A program made the translations under genes and the position numbers. 64,000 bases of DNA from Acidimicrobiaceae bacterium (lineage in GTDB: Bacteria; Actinomycetota; Acidimicrobiia; Acidimicrobiales; Ilumatobacteraceae). Shown here one piece after another: positions 10,017 through 19,389 of this stretch. The notes under the pieces were generated by a model. That model was not told the origin of the DNA. It did no database searches and was given only the letters and a program-made list of their open reading frames with translations. The first letter of the stretch is position 1, and every line of letters starts with the position of its first letter. Location: NCBI GenBank assembly GCA_947447175.1, contig CANFIM010000005.1, forward strand, positions 4,376-68,375, in the 5' to 3' direction.

Positions 10017-10046
10017 CTACATCTCTCAAGCATCTAAGGTTGAACC

Positions 10047-11138
10047 ATGACCTCTGCTCAACCAATTAACCCCGATGCTCTCAAGATGTTCTCCTTCACA
10101 GTTTTCAGCAAACTTGAGGGTGCCGTTACCGCTGGGATGATCCATCTCGGAGACAGATTGGGTCTGTATGCATCAATGGCAGAGAGTGTTGAGGGGGATA
10201 CTTCCGCATCTCTTGCTGCTCGAACCGAACTACACGAACGTTGGGTGAGAGAGTGGTTGCATAACCAAGTTGCCGCACGAATTGTGTCGTGTGACGACCT
10301 TTCGGCCAACAATCCCACGTTTCGGCTCACGCCCGAGGCTGTTGCGGTGCTCGCATCACCAAATCATCCTGCGTATGGCATGGGTATGTTCCATCGTCTG
10401 CCTCAAACGATGGCCGCACTGAACGAAATGCCCGAATCGTTCCGCACCGGAATTGGCAAGGACTACGACTCTCATGGCCCTGAAGGCGCTGTTGGAATCG
10501 AGAAGAGTTTTGAACCGTGGAACCAAAACTTTCTGATTCCCGCTGTATTGCCCACTCTTGTGGGATTGTCCGAAGAACTGGATAGGGGCGCCAAAGTTGC
10601 GGACATTGGTTGTGGTGCTGGTGGGTTGTCATTGCTTCTTGGTCGAACTTTTCCTCGTAGCGAAATCAAAGGATTTGATATTTCACAATTTGCTTTGGCT
10701 CGAGCAGAAGAGCGTTTGAAAGCTGAAGGATTGTCCAATGTGTCTTTCCTTGATCCGCGAGTGTCTCCTATAGAAGCAGATGCGTCGTACGACTTCATCT
10801 GTACGTTCGATTGCATTCATGACATGACTCATCCCACGGAAATGATGCGCACAATTCGTGGCGCATTGAAAGAAACAGGTCGCTGGCTCTTGGTTGACAT
10901 CAAGGCGCATGACACCTTGGAATTGAACGTGACGAAGAATCCAATGGCGCCGTTGCTGTATGGCATCAGTGTCCTGAGCTGTATGTCATCTGCAATGTCT
11001 TCGCCTGATGGAGAAGGTTTGGGCACACTTGGCCTTCCCGCTTCGAAGGCAGAAGATATGGCTCGCGCCGCTGGGTTCACACAGTTCACACGTCTAGATG
11101 TTGATCATTCCATTAATGCGTTTTATGAAATCCGTTAG
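10047..11138 (+). CDS. class I SAM-dependent methyltransferase with N-terminal helical domain
   Basis: 363 aa. VADIGCGAGGLSLLL (motif I) and FDCIHDM (post-II region). The N-terminal ~100 aa are helical and dimerisation-like. Confidence 0.8.
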   Translation: MTSAQPINPDALKMFSFTVFSKLEGAVTAGMIHLGDRLGLYASMAESVEGDTSASLAARTELHERWVREWLHNQVAARIVSCDDLSANNPTFRLTPEAVAVLASPNHPAYGMGMFHRLPQTMAALNEMPESFRTGIGKDYDSHGPEGAVGIEKSFEPWNQNFLIPAVLPTLVGLSEELDRGAKVADIGCGAGGLSLLLGRTFPRSEIKGFDISQFALARAEERLKAEGLSNVSFLDPRVSPIEADASYDFICTFDCIHDMTHPTEMMRTIRGALKETGRWLLVDIKAHDTLELNVTKNPMAPLLYGISVLSCMSSAMSSPDGEGLGTLGLPASKAEDMARAAGFTQFTRLDVDHSINAFYEIR

Positions 11139-11147
11139 AAAATGACA

Positions 11148-11187
11148 AAACCCAGCCCCTCGATGGATCAGGTGAGGAGCTGGGTTT
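11148..11187. terminator. bidirectional intrinsic-terminator-like hairpin between convergent genes
   Basis: AAACCCAGC (11148-11156) pairs with GCTGGGTTT (11179-11187), and inner CCTC pairs with GAGG, giving about 13 bp in total. On the minus strand the stem is followed by TTTTGTCATTTT. Confidence 0.55.
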
Positions 11188-11210
11188 CGATTGTGGATCA
11201 GTTGAAGTAA

Positions 11211-12599
11211 TTAGCTGCCTGCTACCACCAATGGGGTGGTGTTCTGGCAAGCGTTGACTGCAGCAACGATTGGTGTTGGGTCAATTGCATCGCCGCCACC
11301 TGGGTGAACTTCGAAGTGAAGGTGAGGGGTGTTGGTGTCGCCGGTGTGACCGGTATAGCCCACTACTTGTCCGGCCTTTACTTTGGATCCAACGGTGATT
11401 CCGTCGGCAACGCGGCTCATGTGTCCGTAGAAGAAGTAAGTCCCATCTGCTGCAGTCAAACGAATTCCATTTCCTGAAAGCTTGTCTGTACCGGCGGAGT
11501 ACAACTTGGTGATTGTGCCGTCAACTACTGCGTATTGAAGATTGCCTTCTTTAGCAATGATGTCAACACCAAGGTGGAGTCGACCGCCACCGCGAGGAGC
11601 ATGCCATGTGTTTTCAAATGAACACACACCCTGAATAGGAAACACTGCAATTTGAATTGCAGGAGGCGCCATAACACCGAGTTTGATTGCAGTAACAGTG
11701 TCAAGCGTTCCTGTGATGGCCAAACCCTTGGCGGTTTGAAACTTCTGAAGCGCTACGAAAGTTGCACCACCAAAGATTCCGTCGGCTCCACCTTTCACTT
11801 CGATGCCAGCAGCAATCAAGGCATTTTGAACGAGACGAACGTTGTCACCCTTGTTGCCGCGAACAGGCAGTGTCTTCACTTGGAACGACACAGCACTTGC
11901 AGAAACTGCCGCAGGAGCAACGGTGGTAGGAGGTGTCACCACTGGGGCAACCAAGTTGAGTGCAACAGCAGTTGACTGGTCAAGAAGACCGCTGACTGTA
12001 AGTCCCTTTGCTGTTTGAAAGGCTGTGATTGAAGCGGTGGTACCTGAACCGAACATTCCGTCAACTCCACCCTTCACCGCAATACCCGCAGCTGTGAGAG
12101 CCTTCTGAACGAGAAGAACGTTGTCACCCTTGTTCCCGCGAACAGGGAGTGTCTGGGCGGTGAAAGGGAACTTCACTGCGGCAATGGTGGTGGTGGGAGC
12201 GACGGTAGTTGTAGGAGCAATTGTGGTGGTAGGGGCAAGTGTTGTTGTAGTTGCTTCTGCAAGCTTCAAAACTTTGGCGGTGTCGGTGTCAACCACTCCG
12301 GTCACCTTGAGGCCAACAACCTTCTGAAATGACTTAAGGGCCTTCAACGTTGAATTGTCGAATACGCCAGTTGCGCCACCTTTCAAGGTGAAACCATTGC
12401 GCATGATCGCAGTCTGTACCGCCACAACTGGGGCGCCCTTTTCACCAAACTTTGGCTGACCAGGGGCTGTCTTGGCGGTCACGTTTGAACCTTGAACAGT
12501 TGCGGCTTGCGCTACACCTGGCAATGCAATGAGGCCCATCGAAGCGATTGCTCCGACAATTGCCATGCGAATGATGATGTGTGAACGGTTGTGAGACAT
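11211..12599 (-). CDS. secreted M23 (LytM-type) peptidoglycan metalloendopeptidase with three PG-binding repeats
   Basis: 462 aa. Signal peptide (AIASMGLIALPGVAQA), three PG_binding_1-like domains, a PT-rich linker and a C-terminal M23 domain (HLGVDI ... GHTGDTNTPHLHFEV). A GGGAG Shine-Dalgarno lies 5 nt upstream of the ATG. Confidence 0.85.
   Translation of the reverse strand: MSHNRSHIIIRMAIVGAIASMGLIALPGVAQAATVQGSNVTAKTAPGQPKFGEKGAPVVAVQTAIMRNGFTLKGGATGVFDNSTLKALKSFQKVVGLKVTGVVDTDTAKVLKLAEATTTTLAPTTTIAPTTTVAPTTTIAAVKFPFTAQTLPVRGNKGDNVLLVQKALTAAGIAVKGGVDGMFGSGTTASITAFQTAKGLTVSGLLDQSTAVALNLVAPVVTPPTTVAPAAVSASAVSFQVKTLPVRGNKGDNVRLVQNALIAAGIEVKGGADGIFGGATFVALQKFQTAKGLAITGTLDTVTAIKLGVMAPPAIQIAVFPIQGVCSFENTWHAPRGGGRLHLGVDIIAKEGNLQYAVVDGTITKLYSAGTDKLSGNGIRLTAADGTYFFYGHMSRVADGITVGSKVKAGQVVGYTGHTGDTNTPHLHFEVHPGGGDAIDPTPIVAAVNACQNTTPLVVAGS
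11664..12158 (-). repeat. internal tandem duplication (unit about 279 bp / 93 aa) inside the M23 peptidase gene
   Basis: AACGTTGTCACCCTTGTTGCCGCGAACAGGCAGTGTC (from 11838) recurs as AACGTTGTCACCCTTGTTCCCGCGAACAGGGAGTGTC (from 12117). At protein level TLPVRGNKGDNV[LR]LVQ[KN]AL occurs at residues 150 and 243. Confidence 0.8.
12177..12254 (-). repeat. 18-bp tandem repeat encoding an APTTT[IV] Pro/Thr linker
   Basis: The protein reads ATTTTLAPTTTIAPTTTVAPTTTIAA, with three consecutive APTTT[IV] units. Confidence 0.75.
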
Positions 12600-12784
12600 C
12601 TGTCTGCTCCCTTGTTGATCCGGTTAAGGGATCGGCAGGGTTGAGCAGAACTTGAGAGATTTCTCACGGAAAATGTTTATTAGACCACGCAGAGTGGTTT
12701 AGGTAGGCAGTTGACCACAATCTGTGATGAATAGGGACGTTGAGTCAGCGAAAAGGTGACGAAATGAGGTGTAAGCAGCCGGTC

Positions 12785-13915
12785 TTAGCGGCTGTAACCA
12801 TCGGCCAAGCCGGAGAATCCCGAGGGTTCGTGAGCCCCAAGAACGAGGGTTTCTAGAATTCCGATGCCCGTATGTGTTGTGCCATCACTGTTTGCACAGG
12901 TCACGCGACTCAACGTTTGGGTATGTAGATGGTGCATAGCCATTGGGTCGGAAACCGGAAGGGAGAAGCGCTCCCCGCCAACCTCATTTTCGCCCTTCCA
13001 GAATCCGTGTCCCCATTCGGGGTGAAGGTATCCAAGTCCATACATTTGAAAGTGGATGATCGGTTCGAAGTGCATAACAGACGACGCCCCATTGGCAAAC
13101 GTGTAGGTGAGGTCGAAGGCTGTTGCTCGTCGGGTGCCGGGTTCCCATGTGTAGTCATACGAAACCGAATGCGCGTGACGGATTGTGTCAGGGCCCATCA
13201 ACATTGCCCCCGACTCATGCCAACGTTGTCCATCTGCGAACTCGTTCACGTCAAAGACGGACCCGAACCCTTCAAAGCACACTGGCGCCCACAGCCAGAA
13301 GAATTGTGGAACTTGGTGCAGAGGAGCTCCGATTTGAACGCGTTCTCCCACTCCGCGGATTCCCCATGATCGATCTCGAGATCCGACAAAAAAATCGCTA
13401 TCGACAATGATTCGATTGCCATCTACTTCGATCCAACCGGACCATTTTCCCAGTTGCGTTAAACGCGTGTAGCGCATGGTGGCGCGATTGCCGTTACGAA
13501 CAAGGAATGGAGGTTCCTCGTAGGGAAGAGAAGTAGCGGAATATGTGAGATCTGCACGTATTCCTTGTGCTGGAGCATCCACGGTGAGGCGATGCTCTTG
13601 CATTGGTGTCACAACTTCAACCTTGATGGGTCCCACTTCCATGCATTGCATTCGATCAAAAGGGGCGCGCGCTGAGGAGTGAACATTGACTTGTTCGTTG
13701 TTGATAATGATGCTGAAAGAGGCATCCATCACGTGACGATTGGGATACAGACCCATGGCCGCTGCGAAAAAGACGGCACCATCTTTTGAGTAGCCGTTGT
13801 AGAAGTAGCGGTCGTAGTGGCTGGGGTCTCCACCTTCGGTATGCGCAATGGGTTCAGAAGTCTGATGGATGGGATAGTCATCAAATGAAGTCAGCATGTC
13901 TGTGACCGTAGTCAT
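12785..13915 (-). CDS. conserved hypothetical protein, beta-rich, family not assigned
   Basis: The track ORF (478 aa from 14221) has a low-quality first 102 residues that overlap ctaA. ATG 13915 (MTTVTDMLTSFDDYPIHQTSEP) gives 376 aa. Notable motifs are DRYFYNGY, GSRDRSWGIRG and HPEWGHGFWKG. Confidence 0.6.
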   Translation of the reverse strand: MTTVTDMLTSFDDYPIHQTSEPIAHTEGGDPSHYDRYFYNGYSKDGAVFFAAAMGLYPNRHVMDASFSIIINNEQVNVHSSARAPFDRMQCMEVGPIKVEVVTPMQEHRLTVDAPAQGIRADLTYSATSLPYEEPPFLVRNGNRATMRYTRLTQLGKWSGWIEVDGNRIIVDSDFFVGSRDRSWGIRGVGERVQIGAPLHQVPQFFWLWAPVCFEGFGSVFDVNEFADGQRWHESGAMLMGPDTIRHAHSVSYDYTWEPGTRRATAFDLTYTFANGASSVMHFEPIIHFQMYGLGYLHPEWGHGFWKGENEVGGERFSLPVSDPMAMHHLHTQTLSRVTCANSDGTTHTGIGILETLVLGAHEPSGFSGLADGYSR

Positions 13916-13972
13916 TCCGGAGCGGTTTCTATGAATGGGAGAGCGCATGCCTTGCGCCATAACCTCCTTGGT

Positions 13973-14839
13973 ATGGCTCGCGTTTCCCCGAAGACATACC
14001 GCATTGTGTGCGGCGTTGCATTTGCTTCGCTGTGCATCATTGTCTTTACGGGAGCACTGGTGAGGCTCACCGGGTCGGGGTTGGGCTGTGTTGACTGGCC
14101 TCAGTGCTCCGAAAGCAAATTTATTGATGTCACCAGTGGACACACTTTGATTGAACAAGCGAACCGATTGTTCACGGGCGTGGTGTCTTTCAGTGTTATT
14201 GCGGCTGTGCTGTTGTCTCACATCACAACGCCAAAACGCAAAGATCTGCTGGTCTTGTCGTGGTCGCTAGTTGTCGGAGTGCTCGCTCAGATAGTGATTG
14301 GAGGTGTTGTGGTCCTTACGGGTTTGAATCCGTTCGCCAATATGGCGCACTTTCTTGTTTCGATGATTCTCGTTGCGTCGTCATTTGTATTGATGCGACG
14401 TTCCGCCCTCCGAGTTGAAGAACCTCTGTTGCGTTCGGAAGCAACATTGTTCAAGCCTTGGGTCTTTTTGATGATCGGCGCAACTGTTCTTACTTTGGTG
14501 ACAGGCACCGTAGTAACGGCTACAGGTCCGCATGCAGGCGATGAGGAAGCTGTGCGATTTGGTTTTGCGTTAACCAGTGTTGCGCGAGTGCACAGTGCGT
14601 CAATGATTGTGACCCTAGGTCTCGTCATTTTTCTACTGGTGAAATCTCGCTTGACCTCGGTGACGGACTCGTTGCGTGACGCGATGCAGGCTTTGCTTTT
14701 TGCCACTGTGCTCCAAGCGGCAGTGGGATACACGCAATATTTCACTAAAGTTCCAGCCTCATTGGTGGCTGTGCACATAGTGGGAGCGCTGTTTTTCTTT
14801 ATCGCGTCTCTCAACATCATTATTCAGCCCTCGGCTTGA
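13973..14839 (+). CDS. ctaA: heme A synthase (COX15/CtaA family)
   Basis: LVRLTGSGLGCVDWPQC motif plus multiple TM helices bearing conserved His residues. Start taken at ATG 13973 (MARVSPKTY); 13931 is also in frame. Confidence 0.8.
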   Translation: MARVSPKTYRIVCGVAFASLCIIVFTGALVRLTGSGLGCVDWPQCSESKFIDVTSGHTLIEQANRLFTGVVSFSVIAAVLLSHITTPKRKDLLVLSWSLVVGVLAQIVIGGVVVLTGLNPFANMAHFLVSMILVASSFVLMRRSALRVEEPLLRSEATLFKPWVFLMIGATVLTLVTGTVVTATGPHAGDEEAVRFGFALTSVARVHSASMIVTLGLVIFLLVKSRLTSVTDSLRDAMQALLFATVLQAAVGYTQYFTKVPASLVAVHIVGALFFFIASLNIIIQPSA

Positions 14840-14851
14840 TACTTTTCTGAC

Positions 14852-15658
14852 ATGAGCCAAGAAGACGAAGTCCTATTAGAAGTTCGAGATCACATCGGCG
14901 TCATCACGCTGAACGCTCCCGGTCGCATGAATACCATCTCAGGGAAAATGCTCGATCTAATGTCTGAAAAGTTTCTAGAAGCTGACAAGAACCCTGATGT
15001 GCGTTGCATCATCCTCACTGGTGCAGGCAGGGCGTTCTGTGCTGGTTTAGATCTGGGATCTCAGGCAGGAAAGACAGAATCTTTAGGAGTCCTCGATGAC
15101 ACCAGTTCAAACATCGTTGAGTTCAATGTTCGAGATACACCACCTATCGTTCTGCACGGATTAGACACTCCAGTCATCTGTGCATTGAACGGTGGAGCTG
15201 CAGGTTACGGGCTTGATATTGCGCTTGGGTGCGATATTCGTATTGCTGCGGATACCGCAAAGATGGCGCCAGGGTTTGCAAAGCGCGGAATCCTGCCAGA
15301 GAGCGGTGGTACGTGGTTGTTGCCGCGCATTGTGGGTTATGCACGTGCTGCGCAAATTGCGTTCACCGGTCGCACGCTTCCTGCGGATGAATGTTTAGAG
15401 CTTGGACTTGTGAACTCTGTTGTACCCGCTGACCAACTCATGGATGCTGCGTTCGAATTGGCAGGGGAGATTGCTGCAAATGCACCACTTGCAGTTCGCG
15501 CTATCAAGCGCATGATGCGAGCAGCGGAAACTGAGACGTTTGAGCAGAATGTGCATCACGTGTTCTTGCAACTGCTCCCATTATTCCGCACCAATGATTT
15601 TAAAGAAGGCGTCTCTTCCTTCATTGAAAAGCGACAGCCAAACTTCACTGGTCGATAA
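14852..15658 (+). CDS. enoyl-CoA hydratase/isomerase family protein
   Basis: 268 aa. Crotonase fold with the ILTGAGRAFCAGLDL oxyanion-hole motif and a C-terminal FIEKRQPNFTG. Confidence 0.85.
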   Translation: MSQEDEVLLEVRDHIGVITLNAPGRMNTISGKMLDLMSEKFLEADKNPDVRCIILTGAGRAFCAGLDLGSQAGKTESLGVLDDTSSNIVEFNVRDTPPIVLHGLDTPVICALNGGAAGYGLDIALGCDIRIAADTAKMAPGFAKRGILPESGGTWLLPRIVGYARAAQIAFTGRTLPADECLELGLVNSVVPADQLMDAAFELAGEIAANAPLAVRAIKRMMRAAETETFEQNVHHVFLQLLPLFRTNDFKEGVSSFIEKRQPNFTGR

Positions 15659-16582
15659 TCAACCTTGCGCTGCTGCTTTTCGTAATCGATCTCGCACTGC
15701 TTCGCCAATGCCGTGCGACTCTGGCATGACAGCGAACACAACCTTCTTGGCTTGAATGTCGAACGTTCGCAACAAGTCGTACATAGTGAGGGCGTACTGC
15801 TCTACATCGTGGTTGTTCAAAAGGGCCCACTCACCACTGTTGAGATTTTGCGCATGCGCTTTTGACTGGGCTTCTTCTGCAGAGGCGACTAGTACAACAG
15901 TGGCATTGGGTGCATAGTGAGACACCATCATTCCTGGAGCTCGAGACTCTGAATTGTCAGAGACCAATCGAAGACCTGTAATGCGAGATATCTGTTCTGC
16001 AGTCACAGCACCTGGTCTCAGAACAGACACGAGATTGTTGACGCATTCAACAATTGTTGATTCGACTCCGATGCTGCACTGTCCTCCATCAAGAATGCAG
16101 TCAACGTCACTTCCCAAGTCATGTGCAACGTGGGATGCGGTAGTGGGACTCACTTTGCCAAAGTGATTAGCTGAGGGCGCCACCACCGCCTCATCCACTT
16201 CGTTCAGCAGCAATTGCGTGATTGGCAAACTGGGCACACGGAGCCCCACCGTGTTGCGCCCTCCGGTGACCCAATCTCCCACTCTGTCGGTCTTGGGAAC
16301 AAGCAATGTGATGGGGCCAGGCCAGAAAGCAGCAGCGAGGGCATGTGCATGGACATTGAAGAATCCCCATTGCAGTGGATCTGCAACGGCACTGAGATGT
16401 GCAATCAGCGGATGATTTCGTGGACGACCTTTGATGTCAAAAATCCGTCCGACAGATTCTTCTTTGTCTGCGCGCGCCGCCAAGCCGTACACAGTTTCTG
16501 TGGGTATACCGATAACTCCGCCGTCATTCAGAATGCGAGAAGCAACGTGCACATCAGAGGTGATGAATCCAGGCGTGTTCAT
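15659..16582 (-). CDS. L-threonylcarbamoyladenylate synthase (Sua5/YwlC long form)
   Basis: 307 aa. GGVIGIPTETVYGLAA and KGRPRNHPLI YrdC-domain motifs, plus a C-terminal Sua5 domain. 4-nt overlap with the upstream hydrolase gene. Confidence 0.85.
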   Translation of the reverse strand: MNTPGFITSDVHVASRILNDGGVIGIPTETVYGLAARADKEESVGRIFDIKGRPRNHPLIAHLSAVADPLQWGFFNVHAHALAAAFWPGPITLLVPKTDRVGDWVTGGRNTVGLRVPSLPITQLLLNEVDEAVVAPSANHFGKVSPTTASHVAHDLGSDVDCILDGGQCSIGVESTIVECVNNLVSVLRPGAVTAEQISRITGLRLVSDNSESRAPGMMVSHYAPNATVVLVASAEEAQSKAHAQNLNSGEWALLNNHDVEQYALTMYDLLRTFDIQAKKVVFAVMPESHGIGEAVRDRLRKAAAQG

Positions 16583-17274
16583 GCCATGAAATCGAGAATC
16601 GCGTCGATGAATGCAAATGAATCAGTTGTTGCGAAGTGGTCTGTGTTCTTCAACACCAGCAATCGACCATTGGGAAACGCATTCGCAAGCTTTTCGGACG
16701 GCCCTGCGAAATCTTTGTCACCAATCACTACGAGTACCTCATTTGTAATGCCATCAAACTGTTCAAGTGACAAAGGCTCCGATGGCGACCGCTTCATGAT
16801 TGCCGTTAGTGCACCCAGGTCGTTGTTTCCCGATTGTCCATAATGTGCAAATGTCTGAGCAAATGTGTCGTCTTCAGGCGCAATGCCTTCCAGTGCATCA
16901 ACGATGCGCTTGTTGCCTTCAGGGGGCGACTTTTGGAACACGCCATCGCCGATACCCGCCAAGATGACACGTCCGAACCGGCTGGGGTTTTGAAGCAGGG
17001 CGCGCAACGTTGTAAGAGCACCCAGAGAAAAACCAACGACATCGACCACCGCGTACTCAGCGGGGAGATTTTCTAGGAGCCACTGGTGCAGATTCTCGTA
17101 CGCCGCTGGGTCGTGAGGCTTCTCTCGTTCTCCATGTCCAAGAAGGTTGAACCCCACCGGACGCCGCCCGATGTCTTCAAGAAGGGCATCTATGCCCGGT
17201 TTCTGCCAGGTGTCGCGAAAGTTGCCGCCCCACCCATGGATAAGGACGACGGGATTACGTTCCGATGTAGCCAT
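16579..17274 (-). CDS. alpha/beta hydrolase
   Basis: 231 aa. HGWGG oxyanion region and the GFSLGA (GxSxG) nucleophile elbow. Confidence 0.7.
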   Translation of the reverse strand: MATSERNPVVLIHGWGGNFRDTWQKPGIDALLEDIGRRPVGFNLLGHGEREKPHDPAAYENLHQWLLENLPAEYAVVDVVGFSLGALTTLRALLQNPSRFGRVILAGIGDGVFQKSPPEGNKRIVDALEGIAPEDDTFAQTFAHYGQSGNNDLGALTAIMKRSPSEPLSLEQFDGITNEVLVVIGDKDFAGPSEKLANAFPNGRLLVLKNTDHFATTDSFAFIDAILDFMA

Positions 17275-17301
17275 GCTGACACGGTAGTCTCGTAACGCCC
17301 T

Positions 17302-18738
17302 ATGCGCTTCTTACAGGAACCCCCTGCACACGACCTGACATACAACGATGTGTTTATGGTCCCCAGCATGTCGAATGTGCCATCACGACTGGATGTAGAC
17401 CTCAGTACTCCAGACAACGTGGGAACCAGTATTCCCATTGTTGTAGCCAACATGACCGCGGTGGCTGGCCGCCGAATGGCCGAAACGGTCGCACGTCGTG
17501 GTGGACTTGTGGTGTTGCCACAAGACATTCCGTTGGACATCATTTCCACAGTCGTTGGCCACGTAAAGACGCGTCACCACATTTTTGAGACGCCCATCAC
17601 TTTGGGGCCTGAAGACACAGTGGGCGAGGCTCTCAGTCTCATTCACAAACGTGCGCACGGGGCAGTCATCATTGTCGACACCGATAACAGACCTCTCGGA
17701 ATTTTTACGGAACATGATGCAGCGGGCTACGACCGATTTAGCCAACTGAAAAACGTGATGAACCACGACATGGTCCTTATTCGCGACAATGCAAGCGTCA
17801 ATGACATCCACGACCAACTCACTGAGCAGCGACTTTCATTTGCTCCCGTGGTGGACTCGTCCGGATTCCTCATCGGTGCGATTACCCGAAAAGGTGCTCT
17901 GCGCAGCACTATCTATACGCCAGCGCTGAATGCTCAGGGTCAATTCCTTACCTCGGTTGCTGTTGGCATTAACGCAGACCCTGCTGGCCGCGCGAAGGCA
18001 CTTGTTGAAATGGGTGTTGACGTTCTGGTTATCGACACCGCACATGGGCATCAAGCAACCATGATCAGGGCAATTGAATCAGTGCGAAAAGCTGCGCCTC
18101 ATGCAACCATCGTTGCCGGCAACGTTGTCACGTCTCAAGGAACAACAGATCTCATTAACGCTGGTGCTGACATCATCAAAGTGGGTGTGGGCCCAGGCGC
18201 CATGTGCACCACACGAATGATGACCGGCGTAGGTCGTCCACAATTCAGTGCTGTACTTGAAAGTGCCGAGGCTGCCCGAAATATGGGCAAACACGTGTGG
18301 GCAGACGGTGGAGTCCGTTATCCACGCGATGTTGCTCTAGCACTCGCAGCTGGAGCTGCAAGCGTGATGTTTGGTTCGTGGCTTGCAGGTACTTATGAGT
18401 CAGCAGCGGACACATTGCGCGATACCGAAGGTCGTTTGTATAAGGAAAGTTTCGGCATGGCTTCAAATCGAGCCGTGCGTAATCGCACACGTTCAGAGTC
18501 CGCTTTTGAGCGTGCAAAAAAAGAACTCTTCGAAGAGGGCATCAGCACTTCGCGTATGTACCTGGATGCCGCTCGTCCAGGCGTAGAAGACATCCTTGAT
18601 CAAATTGTTGCTGGCCTTCGTTCCTCTTGTACATATGCAGGCGCTGCCAATGTTGAGGATTTCCATAAGAAGGCTGTTGTGGGCGTCCAGAGTTCAGCTG
18701 GATACGACGAAGGTCGTCCTCTCGGTACTAGTTGGTAG
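17302..18738 (+). CDS. guaB1: GuaB1-type IMP dehydrogenase-family protein (GMP reductase-like)
   Basis: 478 aa, colinear with mycobacterial GuaB1 as I recall it. Blocks are LTYNDVFMVP, ANMTAVAGRRMAETVARRGG, a CBS pair, VIDTAHGHQ and the GVGPGAMCTTRMMTGVGRPQ catalytic loop. Confidence 0.85.
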   Translation: MRFLQEPPAHDLTYNDVFMVPSMSNVPSRLDVDLSTPDNVGTSIPIVVANMTAVAGRRMAETVARRGGLVVLPQDIPLDIISTVVGHVKTRHHIFETPITLGPEDTVGEALSLIHKRAHGAVIIVDTDNRPLGIFTEHDAAGYDRFSQLKNVMNHDMVLIRDNASVNDIHDQLTEQRLSFAPVVDSSGFLIGAITRKGALRSTIYTPALNAQGQFLTSVAVGINADPAGRAKALVEMGVDVLVIDTAHGHQATMIRAIESVRKAAPHATIVAGNVVTSQGTTDLINAGADIIKVGVGPGAMCTTRMMTGVGRPQFSAVLESAEAARNMGKHVWADGGVRYPRDVALALAAGAASVMFGSWLAGTYESAADTLRDTEGRLYKESFGMASNRAVRNRTRSESAFERAKKELFEEGISTSRMYLDAARPGVEDILDQIVAGLRSSCTYAGAANVEDFHKKAVVGVQSSAGYDEGRPLGTSW

Positions 18739-18740
18739 TT

Positions 18741-19388
18741 ATGGCCGTTATTGCCATTGATGGGCCCGCAGGGGCCGGGAAATCAACGGTGGCCAAACAG
18801 GTAGCAATGTCTACCAACCTTCCGTACCTCGATACAGGAGCTATGTATCGCTGTGTTGCCCATGCAGTCATGCAAAGTGGCGTCAACATGGCTGACCCGG
18901 ATGCAGTGGGTCAGGTTGCAGCGAGCGCGCGCATTGTTGTTGAAAGAGATTCAGCAGAACTCAATGGTGTCGATGTGTCTGGCATTATCCGCACTCCGGA
19001 AGTGTCCTCTGTGGTCAGCATCATTGCAGCGCACAGCCCTGTGCGTGACGCTATGCGTTCTCAGCAGCGGATGTGGATAGAGAGTCACGGCGGTGGAGTA
19101 GTTGAAGGTCGCGATATTGGCACTGTTGTGTTTCCGCACGCAGAACTAAAAATATTCCTCACCGCCTCACCTGAGGTACGCGCACAACGTCGAGTGTCGC
19201 AAACAGGTGGTGACGTGAAGGAAATAGCAGCCAACATCGCTGAGCGAGATCGAATCGACTCAACTAGGTCTGATTCTCCCTTACGTCCAGCTGATGATTC
19301 AATCCTTGTGGACTCCAGCAATCGATCCATCACAGAAGTTGTGAACGAGATTGTTCATCATTTCCAAGAATCGCAGAAAGCTTCCTGA
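18741..19388 (+). CDS. cmk: cytidylate kinase
   Basis: ATG 18741 gives MAVIAIDGPAGAGKST (P-loop). The track's TTG at 18732 is in frame and overlaps the guaB1 stop. Confidence 0.9.
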   Translation: MAVIAIDGPAGAGKSTVAKQVAMSTNLPYLDTGAMYRCVAHAVMQSGVNMADPDAVGQVAASARIVVERDSAELNGVDVSGIIRTPEVSSVVSIIAAHSPVRDAMRSQQRMWIESHGGGVVEGRDIGTVVFPHAELKIFLTASPEVRAQRRVSQTGGDVKEIAANIAERDRIDSTRSDSPLRPADDSILVDSSNRSITEVVNEIVHHFQESQKAS

Positions 19389-19389
19389 T

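Noticed and set aside
12600-12784. Possible cyclic-di-AMP (ydaO-type) or other riboswitch in the long leader of the M23 peptidase gene
   Set aside because: I could not recognise the ydaO consensus or any other known riboswitch core by eye on the minus strand. Only weak 5-bp hairpins are present. The question is left open, pending a covariance-model search.
13916-14221. N-terminal 102 residues of the 478-aa track ORF (12785-14221)
   Set aside because: The extension is Arg/His/Asn-rich with no homology-like features, and it overlaps the start of ctaA. The ATG at 13915 gives a sensible N-terminus.
14287-14820. 177-aa minus-strand ORF
   Set aside because: It is antisense to ctaA, whose TM helices and the GCxxWPxC motif identify the true frame.
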